Below are positions 11,272-21,561 of a DNA stretch of 64,000 nucleotides, one piece after another. The first letter of the stretch is position 1, and each line of letters begins with the position of its first letter. The DNA lies in NCBI GenBank assembly GCA_963729045.1, contig CAVSMN010000007.1, forward strand, positions 121,742 through 185,741. The letters run 5' to 3'. Source of the DNA: an uncultured Nitrososphaeraceae archaeon. Lineage in GTDB: Archaea > Thermoproteota > Nitrososphaeria > Nitrososphaerales > Nitrososphaeraceae. The position numbers were made by a program, and so were the translations under genes. The notes beneath the pieces were generated by a model. The model worked only from the letters and a program-made list of their open reading frames with translations, did not search any database and had not been told where the DNA came from.

Positions 11272-12435
11272 ATGACTTGTTTGCTAGGTAGATATATGGA
11301 ACCGATCCTTTCTCCATCGACCAATGCTCTTAAATTTTCTATGGTTGTGTTGATGTTTGCATCTGTTGGTTCCTTAATGCAAATAAGTGCTGGTAATTGG
11401 GATGTCACTTCACATTTATTGTCAAGCCCTGAATCGTTTTTTACACCTTCTCATGCCTTACTTTACACTGGCATAGGCATTTTATCACTTTCTTCCATCA
11501 TTGGAGCTATCCTAATGCTAAAATTTGGAGAATTAAAGAGGCACGGTTTAACTCTATCATTCAAATTACTTATTATAGGATCAATAATTTCAATTATATC
11601 AGGCCCAAGTGATTTTATTTGGCACCAAACCTTCGGTGTCGATGGATTTCTGAGTCCAACACATCTGATGTTAATTACAGGAATGCTAATCAATTCCTTA
11701 GCTGTAGTAATCGGGCTGGTTCGTTTAACTTCATTTGTCAAGACCGGCACCTTTTATCAAATTGGGAGGATTTTCATAGTCCCCGCTCTAATAGCAGTAT
11801 GGCTAAATTTGCTATCCTATGTTTACATGCTTGCTTTGCCAATTTCTGATGGCGAACTGTTTAACTTTAATCTAAACCCAATAGCAGAATCGTTAATCGC
11901 GTTAGTATTATTGCCATTGATTAATTCAGGACTGTTCCTGTTTGTTTTGAGGAAAACCCATACATTCGGGTTCGCTAGCGCCATAGCAGCAGGAGTCATC
12001 TTATTAACAGCATTTACTAATATATTACCCTCTCAAGCACTCTCGAATTTACTCCCTTTTTACCTATTATCAATTATTCCATTTGTATTAGTCGACATGC
12101 TAGTTTACGACAAATTGCCATTGGGCAATAGAATAATTAGCAATAAACTCAAATTCGCAATAGCTGGTGCTATTTCTGGTTCGCTTTTTTATGTTATTGG
12201 ATATCCTCTTCTTCCTCTGACACTGTCTAATTACCTGATGCCTGTGGATTTGGAGCAGACCGGATTTGTAACTATTGTTGATATAATTCCAAGTTTTGAA
12301 AGTTCTTTACACGTGGTATTGCCAATAACCATTCTTATCGGTGCTATTCTGGGGATACTGTCTTCCCGGATTTACGAAAGAATCGATGGTTTCAAGGAAA
12401 AAAATTCAAAATCTGATAAAGTGATTTTTGAATAA
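11272..12435 (+). CDS. polytopic membrane protein with two AmoC/PmoC-like D-x3-H-x12-H motifs
   Basis: About 11 hydrophobic segments; motifs WDVTSHLLSSPESFFTPSH and SDFIWHQTFGVDGFLSPTH. Confidence 0.8.
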   Translation: MTCLLGRYMEPILSPSTNALKFSMVVLMFASVGSLMQISAGNWDVTSHLLSSPESFFTPSHALLYTGIGILSLSSIIGAILMLKFGELKRHGLTLSFKLLIIGSIISIISGPSDFIWHQTFGVDGFLSPTHLMLITGMLINSLAVVIGLVRLTSFVKTGTFYQIGRIFIVPALIAVWLNLLSYVYMLALPISDGELFNFNLNPIAESLIALVLLPLINSGLFLFVLRKTHTFGFASAIAAGVILLTAFTNILPSQALSNLLPFYLLSIIPFVLVDMLVYDKLPLGNRIISNKLKFAIAGAISGSLFYVIGYPLLPLTLSNYLMPVDLEQTGFVTIVDIIPSFESSLHVVLPITILIGAILGILSSRIYERIDGFKEKNSKSDKVIFE

Positions 12436-13067
12436 TGTGCGCAAAGGTTACTTTACAACACAAGTTAGAAATTCGAGATCGGATCATTGCCGCTGCACTA
12501 ATTTCTTTTTCTAAAAAAGGGTTTGATAAAACAAGAATGGACGATATTGCTTTAGAGTCAAATGTGAGCAAGGGAACTCTCTATATTTATTTTGAGAGTA
12601 AAGAGGACCTTTTTTATGCATTATGTGAAAAGAACTTGGTTGAACTAAGAAAACAATTATTTTCATTATTCGATACCAATCATGAACTCAATAATACAAA
12701 GAATCAAAAATTAATTTCCGATACAAAAGAATATTACAATAATTTTAGCCATTTTGAAAATAGTTACATAATTTTTCTAGAAATCTTGTCGAAATCCACA
12801 CGAAATGAAAAATTAAGATCAATACTATATTCTCAACACAAACAGATTTTTGAGGTCATGAAAGAACATATCCTTAGCTACTTCAAGAATGACCAAAAAA
12901 TCACTATTCTAGAAGATCATGAGATTGATTGTATTGTTATGAGCCTAATTGCAGTTTACAACGGCCTAATGATGAATAGGCTACTCGGAGTAGAAGAGGA
13001 AGCAAACAAAAAGACATGGGTTGACAGCGTAAGCAGGATTCTCGGGACTACCGTAAAGGTACAATAA
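12435..13067 (+). CDS. TetR/AcrR family regulator
   Basis: FSKKGFDKTRMDDIALESNVSKGTLYIYFESKEDL; TAATG stop/start overlap with the upstream gene. Confidence 0.93.
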   Translation: MCAKVTLQHKLEIRDRIIAAALISFSKKGFDKTRMDDIALESNVSKGTLYIYFESKEDLFYALCEKNLVELRKQLFSLFDTNHELNNTKNQKLISDTKEYYNNFSHFENSYIIFLEILSKSTRNEKLRSILYSQHKQIFEVMKEHILSYFKNDQKITILEDHEIDCIVMSLIAVYNGLMMNRLLGVEEEANKKTWVDSVSRILGTTVKVQ

Positions 13068-13378
13068 ACTATCAGTGCAAAGTCTCTTGTTTATACTCTA
13101 GACCATTTTACTAATGTCTTTTTACTTATCTGAGGGAGGCTTTTTCGTATTTGATAGATATCTTGATAATGTTTTACCCAGAATTAGCACAAAATAGAAT
13201 TTCATAAAACTACCAAAAATTGAAGTAAATATCGGTTATGGGGACAATTGCAATTGATATCAATTTGGTGAGAGCAGTCTTCTAAAGAGACCAGAAATAT
13301 TTCAATTCATTATTACATTAAAAGAATTTCTAAATACGTCTGTTTTGTTAATTCTTTTTTATGAAAAAGTATTTAAAG

Positions 13379-13615
13379 TTAATTGTTCACATATTCAATT
13401 GCAATTGATTCGTCACAGTTTGATAATTTCAATCTCTTTATCAATGTTTCAAGGCTGCAATCATTATCTATTTGGATTTTGTCTTTAACCGCTACATATT
13501 GATTGCTAAAATCTCTCTTCAATCCATCATAATTAGAATAAAACCATTCAAAATTGTCTCTTAATTTTTCAAATTTTACGAATGCTTCATCATTTAAGGA
13601 AGATTCAAGACTCAT
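13379..13615 (-). CDS. DUF5678-like small protein
   Basis: N.EWF..NY..L...F.NQYVAV.D..ID.D pattern. Confidence 0.65.
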   Translation of the reverse strand: MSLESSLNDEAFVKFEKLRDNFEWFYSNYDGLKRDFSNQYVAVKDKIQIDNDCSLETLIKRLKLSNCDESIAIEYVNN

Positions 13616-14296
13616 CTTACATGACTAAGAATATTATAGTAAATTCTTTCATAAAAATGTTATGATATTTTTCATTGGTAACATTATGATTTTCTCCGTA
13701 AGCAATTATTTCGGCAAAAATCAGTAAGCAAGGTTGAAAATACCAGCTGGAATATGTTAAAGTGCATCCTAAGGAGGGAAATCATGTTGTATATTTAGTC
13801 CATTTTGACAACGAAAACTTGCATGATTCTCAAGAATAGTTGGGAGTTAGTACCACTGTCTGTGTTCCATTAAAAATAAAGTTCAATCTGCAGAGGTTTA
13901 ATCTCTTACTTGGCAACGACAATGTTAATAATTTCTTCTACGCATTCACAGAAATTTGTTAACCTGTCGTGATGACTTGGGGTTTTCTTATAAATATTTT
14001 AGCAATAAAGATTTGTATAAAAGTATAATAAATAATAATCTTCTTTAAAGTAACAAATGTCAGAATCCTCTGACGTATATCATTCATACTAGCAAAAAAA
14101 TCTTTGCCAATTTCTATATCAATTAGCATGTATTAATTTAGAAAAGTTTTGAATGCATTCTTTACAAATAAAGATATACCTCTCTAGATTCTGGAATTTC
14201 GATCCTTTAATGTTAATAAATATCTATGATTTGATATTAGTTAACTAATGGTTTCTGTTGTAATGTTATTATTAGATTAGCGTTTATTTTGTTTTA

Positions 14297-14893
14297 GTGA
14301 AGGGATTCCTATCTGTAGAAAGATTAAAAGGTCTGAGTGATTCTGTTCTTTTGGTCGCCTTAACGATACTTGCGTATAATCTTATCCCTCCTAACTTAGT
14401 AAATGGTCAAGCAGATCCAACAGAACTTGACAGTTTCTATGATACTCTTTATGGCATGGTGTCTAGTTTTTTTGTAATTTTTGTATTTTGGATGCTATAT
14501 ATGAAGATACTTGATCATCTCACAGTGCCTGATGACATAGTAATATTGACTTCGTTGGTATTCTTTTTATTTATACTAGTAATACCGGTGTTTACTCTGG
14601 CACAAGTACAGTACGAAAGTGCTTCAGCAGTAGTTTTTCTATCACTACTAATGATTCTTACTGACTTGATCTTAATTTTCTTATGGAAGTACATACACAA
14701 TAAATCACTGAGTGTTGACCATGGAAATAGGGAATTAAGAAGTATTCATAATATGTTTTTTGTAATTCCAACTCTTTACATCATATCCATTCTGTTAACA
14801 TTTTATAGCATCAAACTTTCAATAATATTACCAATTGTAATGATTCCAACTTTATTATTGTTGAAGGGTCTCTTCGGTAAGAATGATAGGTAA
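14297..14893 (+). CDS. TMEM175 (DUF1211) family K+ channel-like protein
   Basis: ERLKGLSDSVLLVALTIL matches RLEAFSDGVFAIAITL; SF..I..FW motif; 6 TM helices. Confidence 0.8.
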   Translation: MKGFLSVERLKGLSDSVLLVALTILAYNLIPPNLVNGQADPTELDSFYDTLYGMVSSFFVIFVFWMLYMKILDHLTVPDDIVILTSLVFFLFILVIPVFTLAQVQYESASAVVFLSLLMILTDLILIFLWKYIHNKSLSVDHGNRELRSIHNMFFVIPTLYIISILLTFYSIKLSIILPIVMIPTLLLLKGLFGKNDR

Positions 14894-15394
14894 TAGAGGC
14901 ACCTATTTCCCAGATATTAATAAATGGAATATGGAATTTTAATTAAAGATTTGGCAGATAGGGCCGATTTGAACGTTGAGATGAGTTAATATCCTTATAG
15001 TATAGATACCGAAAAAGGAAGAATAATTACACTAATAAGAACATCATACTAATTAAGATTGGCTATATTACTGTATTAAAAGAAACCAGATGCAACAAGA
15101 GTAGGGCTAGTCTAATCACCTTTGAATAGATGTTTTGTTCTTTAATAAAGAATTTAATGGGAGTAGAGTACTCACACAATAAATGAGAATATTGTAATTA
15201 TGGCAATGATATAATTCCTGGTTTGTTTGAGAAGTTAATGTCTGCTATAAATGTTGCAGTAGTATTACTCACTTTTAGTTGTAAACATTTGATCACTACC
15301 CAACTTCAATACACTGCTAACATTCTTTTGAAAAACACACACAGGTGAGGGCTGGATGCTTACTTGATGGATATTGAATACTAAATATATCTAA

Positions 15395-15865
15395 TTATCT
15401 ACGACCTCCAAAGCCGCCATGTTCACCTGCGCCATTCTGTGGTGAAAAGCCCCCGCCATTCTGTGGTGAAAAGCCTCCGCCATAGTGTTCATGTGTAACT
15501 CCAGTGTGATGGACATATGCCCCACTACCACTTGATTGCACATGATTACCAGTATTGTATATCGCATAGTGGCTGTGAGTACCACTAGAGTGATTATCAT
15601 AGGCGGTTCTGCTATCTCCTCTGTTATCATGAATCACCTTGTTACCATTATCATCATAATGAAATTTCTGGCTATGATTGTTATCTACATAATAGTACTT
15701 GTGACCATCATTATCGTACCAATAGTGGTGACCTTGAGCATTGGTATAATAGTTATTACCATTTTGATCCTTGTAGTAGTTATTACCACTGTCATCAGTG
15801 TAATAATAGTTGTCACCTCTATCGGAGTTGTCGTTATCTTCATCGTAGTAAATTGGTTTTGGCAA
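15395..15865 (-). CDS. low-complexity Tyr/Asp/Asn/His/Gly-rich repeat protein, probably 5'-truncated
   Basis: Repeats of YYxDxxGNN; tail with GGGFSPQN twice (24-bp duplication around 15432-15479). Confidence 0.6.
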   Translation of the reverse strand: MPKPIYYDEDNDNSDRGDNYYYTDDSGNNYYKDQNGNNYYTNAQGHHYWYDNDGHKYYYVDNNHSQKFHYDDNGNKVIHDNRGDSRTAYDNHSSGTHSHYAIYNTGNHVQSSGSGAYVHHTGVTHEHYGGGFSPQNGGGFSPQNGAGEHGGFGGRR

Positions 15866-16426
15866 TTGTTATGACCCTGTTAGTATTGAAAATTGTTGTA
15901 CCTGATCTATCTAGTCCAGAAGCTGAAAATGAGCTTCCAAAACGATTACTTGAATTGGGGACGGATGTTTGGAACTATGCAACTAGCTTCATAATCTTGA
16001 AGTTTATTGGATTGCTCATGATGATCAATTTCACTACATCAAGCGTGCGATTCGAATGCTTTTCTGGATAACTATCTTTTATTTAATGTTCATAGCATTC
16101 ATATCAATTTCTAATTCTAATTAGAAAATATGGAGATCAGCAGATCTCATTATCATATATGGAATCAATATTATTATAATACTAATTTGGGCATACTTGC
16201 AATGGAAGTACGCTACAAAAGAACATCGTTTAGTAGATAGCGATCTCGATCCCAAATTCATAACAATAGTGTCAAGAAGAGTAATTGTAGGATTAATACC
16301 TTACTCGATAGCGATTGCTGTTTAATTTCTAAATACTCAAGTATCTATTATATTATTTGCATTGATTTCTATATATTATCTCATACCTCCAAAATATTTT
16401 TGGCTTCGATTTACTAAAGATAGGTA
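15858..16426 (+). pseudogene. second TMEM175-family gene, 5'-truncated and disrupted
   Basis: Across frames: AIVMTLLVLKIVVP...NYATSFIIL / YWIAHDDQFHYIKR..RMLFWITIFYLMFIAFI / IYGINI...WKYATKEHRLVDSDLDPKFI. Frameshifts plus an internal stop; lacks the N-terminal RLExxSD segment. Confidence 0.8.
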
Positions 16427-16783
16427 AAAACTATCATGTCAGATTTATCTGGCCTTACCATCATGATATTAGATCGACAGCACTTGAGAACGACTCGATG
16501 TTACATAGCCTGGAGTTTGTATACTTGTTTTTTTAGATTATGGATAAAGATTGCATGTTAATCAAGCTTTAGTTTGAATAATTCCTACTTTTATACTCGG
16601 TTCTTGGATACCACTCTTTGTCAGTTCAGATAAATCCAGGATTTATCTGAATGTGTTGGCAATTCTCAAACCATAACCATCATAATGATGATTGTTGTTT
16701 CTTTATAGGTCACTACGGTAAAGTTCCATAACTGATTAAGCAAGAAAGATAATGCTACATTACTAGCTATATCTGCCATTGTA

Positions 16784-18181
16784 TCAACCAAAGTCAACGT
16801 CACTAAGATCCATAGTATTTCTATATCCACTTTCTCTCAAGTGCTTAATTGTTCTAGGTGAAAAGTCAAATATCTTATTTGATATCGTGTTCTCATCATT
16901 TTTGCGGTTTATTCTTACAACTTTTTCTATTTCAAATTGTCCTATTAGCATGTCCGAGTATTTTCTAGGTTTGATTGCTTGGCCGTGGTTCATTGTATTT
17001 TTATTCAATAAATTATTGATGACATCATCTTTTGCACCAGCATCTTTTGCAATCTTGATCAATTCCCTTGCCAGATCCACATAGTCTGATACAAGCAACA
17101 AAGCCTGTTGCTCTCGTCCTGTTCTGTCTGAATAGGTTATGTCACTATTTCTGTTCATAACACCATCATGATCCAAAGGAATTGTGTCTTGTTTAACTGG
17201 ATGAACATTGACGATACCTATCCCTAATTTTGGAACTGAATCTTTCAAACCTTTTACTTTTAGCCAATAAAGACGGTGCAGTCTAACAAGTTGTGTTAAG
17301 GGAGTGTTACTCATTATTCCTCCATCCCAAAAGTAGCGCATATTCTTCTCATAATTAGCGCTATTGCTATTGTAACTTTCTACTTCTAAGGGAGTATAAC
17401 TATAATTGATAGGCACCGAGGCGCTTGCAATAACATGATCTGAAGTAATTCCGTCGTTATATCTAATAACATGTTCATGTCCAACTTCTTTTCCATCATG
17501 AGTAATATATTTTCCATATCCAGATTTTCTGGAGCCATCTTCCGTTTCATAACTATCAAATGTTACAGGGGCCCCTTCTGCTACGTCAACACTCACGAGG
17601 ATGAGTCTTGGTTGAGGTAATGATGATTTCTCATCGAAACTTGTTGCGATAGGGAATTTTGCGAATCTCTCTAAACTTCTCTTTAACGGTCCACTGTCAA
17701 AACGATACCATACATTTAGAGGATCAAAAAACCTAGTATCACCTAGCGGGGCTAAAGGGGAGAAGACTGTGGGTACTCCTGTAATCACAGATAGCTTTGA
17801 TGAATAATATCTTCTTGCGGCTTCACCAGAAGCAAAACCGGGGTGAATGTAGTTATGTAGGAAATCCCACCAAGCAGTAAAACCCGGAATACGGTCTAGT
17901 GGTGATTCCTTTGACAAATACTCCCAGAACTCATTTAGTCTTTCTGAAGAGCCTTCCCACGTATTATTTTCTGTCACATAGCTTACAATTATTGCAGCAT
18001 TTATCGCACCTATTGATGTTCCAGCGACAATATTTAAGAATGGTTTATCTTTTTCTCCTTTTTCCTTGTCTGCTTTGGTAACCTTTTCATATAGTGCTTG
18101 GTAGGCTCCTGCTTCATATGCACCAAGTGAGCCTCCACCCTGTAAGACTAATGCTCTTTGGTTATCCTGATATTTACCCAT
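16784..18181 (-). CDS. patatin-like phospholipase/esterase (DUF3734-type C-terminus)
   Basis: QGGGSLGAY oxyanion loop, GTSIG nucleophile, WDGG..SNTPL, FDFS..TI. Confidence 0.9.
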   Translation of the reverse strand: MGKYQDNQRALVLQGGGSLGAYEAGAYQALYEKVTKADKEKGEKDKPFLNIVAGTSIGAINAAIIVSYVTENNTWEGSSERLNEFWEYLSKESPLDRIPGFTAWWDFLHNYIHPGFASGEAARRYYSSKLSVITGVPTVFSPLAPLGDTRFFDPLNVWYRFDSGPLKRSLERFAKFPIATSFDEKSSLPQPRLILVSVDVAEGAPVTFDSYETEDGSRKSGYGKYITHDGKEVGHEHVIRYNDGITSDHVIASASVPINYSYTPLEVESYNSNSANYEKNMRYFWDGGIMSNTPLTQLVRLHRLYWLKVKGLKDSVPKLGIGIVNVHPVKQDTIPLDHDGVMNRNSDITYSDRTGREQQALLLVSDYVDLARELIKIAKDAGAKDDVINNLLNKNTMNHGQAIKPRKYSDMLIGQFEIEKVVRINRKNDENTISNKIFDFSPRTIKHLRESGYRNTMDLSDVDFG

Positions 18182-18710
18182 ATGAACTGAGTTTGGAAAG
18201 GATGTTATTATGTTAATCTATTACTGACAGACCTTGCGATAGTATACTGAAGATACATGACTGAGCCTATCGAGATTGTAGTAACGTTTTCCATGATTCT
18301 TGTACGTATAAGTTAGGACTCACTTTCATTAAAGCGAAATCCAAATCCTAAAACCCCCCAACAATACTGTTTCTAAAATAAAAATTTTGAAAAAGTAAAA
18401 ATTAAATTCAAGGATCATGTCAGATTCGTGCAATTTATTATTTTCAAAGGTTAGATCTACCTTTGATTACTATTTCTCTTAATCTGACATTTCAAAGTAT
18501 ACCCATATCTTCGGATTTTAAATCGGGACTTTACCCTCTATCCTCATACTTATGCCAGTGAAGTATTGGACTTTATTCAACCTTGAATCATATTTTCACA
18601 ATCCCTGTTTGTGGTTATTATAATCGTGAATCGAAAATGGTTGAATGAACAATCCAATTATTAAATAACAATACTTATATAATTATTTTTAATAAAAAAT
18701 TAGATGTATT

Positions 18711-19175
18711 ATGACTGCAAATGAAAAATTCAAAAACATATATGAAAATGCATATCGTCAGCAAAAACAGACAATCGGATCAAATTATACCCAATTCAAA
18801 AGCATGATTGAAACCACATATCTTCAGCATATACAAGCGATCGAATTAAATTATACCCAATTCAAAAGCATGATTGAAACCGCATATCATCAGCAGATAC
18901 AAATTATTAAAACGAATGCTTCTATAATGAAAACCTATTATAGCATGTTTGGAAATAGCGAGATAGTAAAAAATATTGAAAAGATGGAATCTGATTTTTT
19001 AATTCTAAATGAGGAATCAAAAAAATCAATGATCAGCCAGTTGGACCTCATTAAAGATAATTACCTATCTAATGCTGCTAGATTAAATGAAGAATATCAT
19101 AAGATACCTAACATTGAGAAGTTTATTCCCAATACTGATGGCTCAGGGGAGTCCGATAGTAATTTAAAGAAATAA
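18711..19175 (+). CDS. amphipathic helical protein with three 22-aa repeats (phasin/apolipoprotein-like)
   Basis: 66-bp duplication (18782/18848); NYTQFKSMIET twice. Confidence 0.65.
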   Translation: MTANEKFKNIYENAYRQQKQTIGSNYTQFKSMIETTYLQHIQAIELNYTQFKSMIETAYHQQIQIIKTNASIMKTYYSMFGNSEIVKNIEKMESDFLILNEESKKSMISQLDLIKDNYLSNAARLNEEYHKIPNIEKFIPNTDGSGESDSNLKK

Positions 19176-19458
19176 TATTAGTTGAATAGTTTATTTCGCT
19201 CTTCATTTTATGGGTTTTTAGCAGGTTCATAATGAAAAGAATAAAACTTTTTTTGCACATGTAGTATTCTACTTTAAAACAACTCAATTACATGCCAAAT
19301 TCACCCAATTTCATTTGTAACCATATTCCAATTAGAGGTTTTGGCATCTGAACAGTTTGAATGTGAAATGGTCTTGTTTGAAACCCTCTTGATTAAGGTG
19401 TTATCGACCACTAATCATTTTATCAGTAATGCCTATTACATTAATTCTTAAGAAATAT

Positions 19459-19654
19459 CTGATTTTGTACCTAGGCTTCAAATCCCAACCCTTGTCCTAC
19501 CATTTCTTTTAATATTGTATTGCGATATCTGTTAATTTGAATCCAATTTGGGATACAAATATTCAAAAATCAAAAAATTTAGCATCTGTTGATACAAAGA
19601 AACTCTAATAATTGTCTCCTTCGAGTAAGACGCCGGGAGAGGGATTTGAACCCT
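19459..19654. repeat. left copy of ~195-bp direct repeat, ending in 24 bp identical to the tRNA-Ser 3' end (att)
   Basis: Aligns with 22734-22931 with few differences; cgccgggagagggatttgaaccct at 19631-19654. Confidence 0.92.
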
Positions 19655-20240
19655 ATGGTTGGTAATGACAGTATTGAATACAATGATGAATTGTGGATAT
19701 GGTTCAAAGATCATTTGGTTAAGCAGCAACAAAGTCCTCATACGATGTGGAATAAGGTTCAATATGTCAAGAGGTTCTATTATATTCTTGAAAAATAAAA
19801 TACTCAAGATCTTTTTTCGGTTTCTATGGAAACACGCTAGCATGTAATGAAGTCCTTAGCCTCATTATCAAAATACTTGGGAATTTATGATTAGTGGTAG
19901 AATTTGATCAAAAGATATCAACTCAAGTGGCGCAAGAAGGGCGGCTTTGATGTCTTTGGAAGTATTTTTGACAACAATGAGAGATATTATTCTTCAATGT
20001 TGAGGTGGATCAAAATTTCAATAGCCGTATTGCCAAAGGAGTGCGCCAACATTATATTGTTTACTACCTTAACGAGGCTGCAATCCGATGAATCTTACAA
20101 GGCCATTGAATTGATCAAAGCCTTCCTCAGCAGATTATGATAGGGAAAGAATATTGCTTCTTCATTATAAATTTCCAGAGAAATTTTTGAGGGTATCCAA
20201 AAAAAGCATATGTAAGCGTCATCACCGATAACTACCTGAC
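19589..20240 (+). pseudogene. tyrosine integrase relic reading through the att site
   Basis: One frame with nonsense stops at 19796, 19838, 19892 and 19898: ...HVMKSLASLSKYLGIYD*W*NLIKRYQLKW...ANIILFTTLTRLQSDE (degenerate TGLRxxE); shifted tail KFPEKFLRVSKKAYVSVI. Confidence 0.8.
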
Positions 20241-20468
20241 TGGATTCTATGTACAATGGGGATATTCTGTTTCTTTCTTTCACCAATCATGATTGAAATA
20301 GAGTATCTTCAAGCTATAGGTTTATCGTTAAATTAGCGGCGCCTTATAAGCACAATTAAGTTTTATAGTTCATCAATCCTAAAAAAGGGAAAAAATGGGA
20401 TGAGATTTCAATACGATCTTGAATCAAAAATACATAATTTTAAAAGTGCATTCTGAAACGCATGCAAA

Positions 20469-21561
20469 TTAGTGAATTATGGTCACTAAGCCTTCAGTAC
20501 CAGTGAGTGTACCCGTTACGTAAGTAGCATTGTTTGAAGGATTATACGTAAGTGCCAAGGGCGCATTATTGATATTTAGAGTTTCTGATATATCATTATA
20601 AATACTGTCTATAATAGATACAGAATTTGATACCACGTTAACTACGTAAATGTTGTTGTTAGCTGGATTAAATTCCAATGCAACAGGTTCGGTACCGACC
20701 ACCGTATTGCCCAGTAACGTTTGATTTGATCCTCCAATTACCGAAACAGTTCCTGAATCCCGATTAGCTACGTAAATGTTGTTGTTAGCTGGATTAAATT
20801 CCAATGCAACAGGTTCGGTACCGACCACCGTATTGCCCAGTAACGTTTGATTTGATCCTCCAATTACCGAAACAGTTCCTGAATCCCGATTAGCTACGTA
20901 AATGTTGTTGTTAGCTGGATTAAATTCCAATGCAACAGGTTCGGTACCGACCACCGTATTGCCCAGTAACGTTTGATTTGATCCTCCAATTACCGAAACA
21001 GTTCCTGAAGCCCGAATTAGCTACGTAAATGTTGTTGTTAGCTGGATTAAATTCCAATGCAACAGGATCACGGCCAACATCAACTTCCTTTATAACTGTA
21101 TTAGTATTGCTGTCAATTATTGAAATTGAGTTAGAAATCGTATTTGCTACATAGATATTGTTGTTAGCTGGATTAAATTCCAATGCAACAGGATCACGGC
21201 CAACATCAACTTCCTTTATAACTGTATTAGTATTGCTGTCAATTATTGAAATTGAGTTAGAAATCGTATTTGCTACATAGATATTGTTGTTAGCTGGATT
21301 AAATTCTATTGCTTGTGGTGACATGCCCACGTCAATATTGTTGATTACAGTATTATTAGTACTTTCAATAATGGAAACAGTTCCTGAATCACGATTAGCT
21401 ACGTAAGTGTTGTTGTTAGCTGGATTAAATACAATTGCTTGAGGGAATTTTTCTACCGAAATGGTCGAAATTATACTGTCTCCAAAGACATGATCCACTC
21501 CTTTTGATGAAGTTAGGATCATAAGCGTAAAAATTAATCCTGCAAAAACTATTGAGAACAT
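20469..21561 (-). CDS. secreted YVTN/YncE beta-propeller repeat protein (1-nt frameshift near 21010)
   Basis: Signal peptide plus 8 P.A..(F/Y)NP.NN..YV repeats over two ORF pieces; the unit spanning the break is 127 bp rather than 126 bp. Confidence 0.88.
20642..21306. repeat. 126-bp coding tandem repeats (3 of type A, 2 of type B)
   Basis: Units start at 20642, 20768, 20894 and 21021, then about 21032 and 21158. Confidence 0.9.

Noticed and set aside
16784..18181. Patatin as a CBASS/CapV-type defence effector activated by the cyclase
   Set aside because: No CD-NTase or defence neighbours; the cyclase is class III and lies more than 30 kb away.
19532..19843. Paired minus-strand ORFs 19532-19843 and 22747-22950 as paralogous genes
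   Set aside because: Their similarity simply reflects the direct repeat and tRNA sequence.
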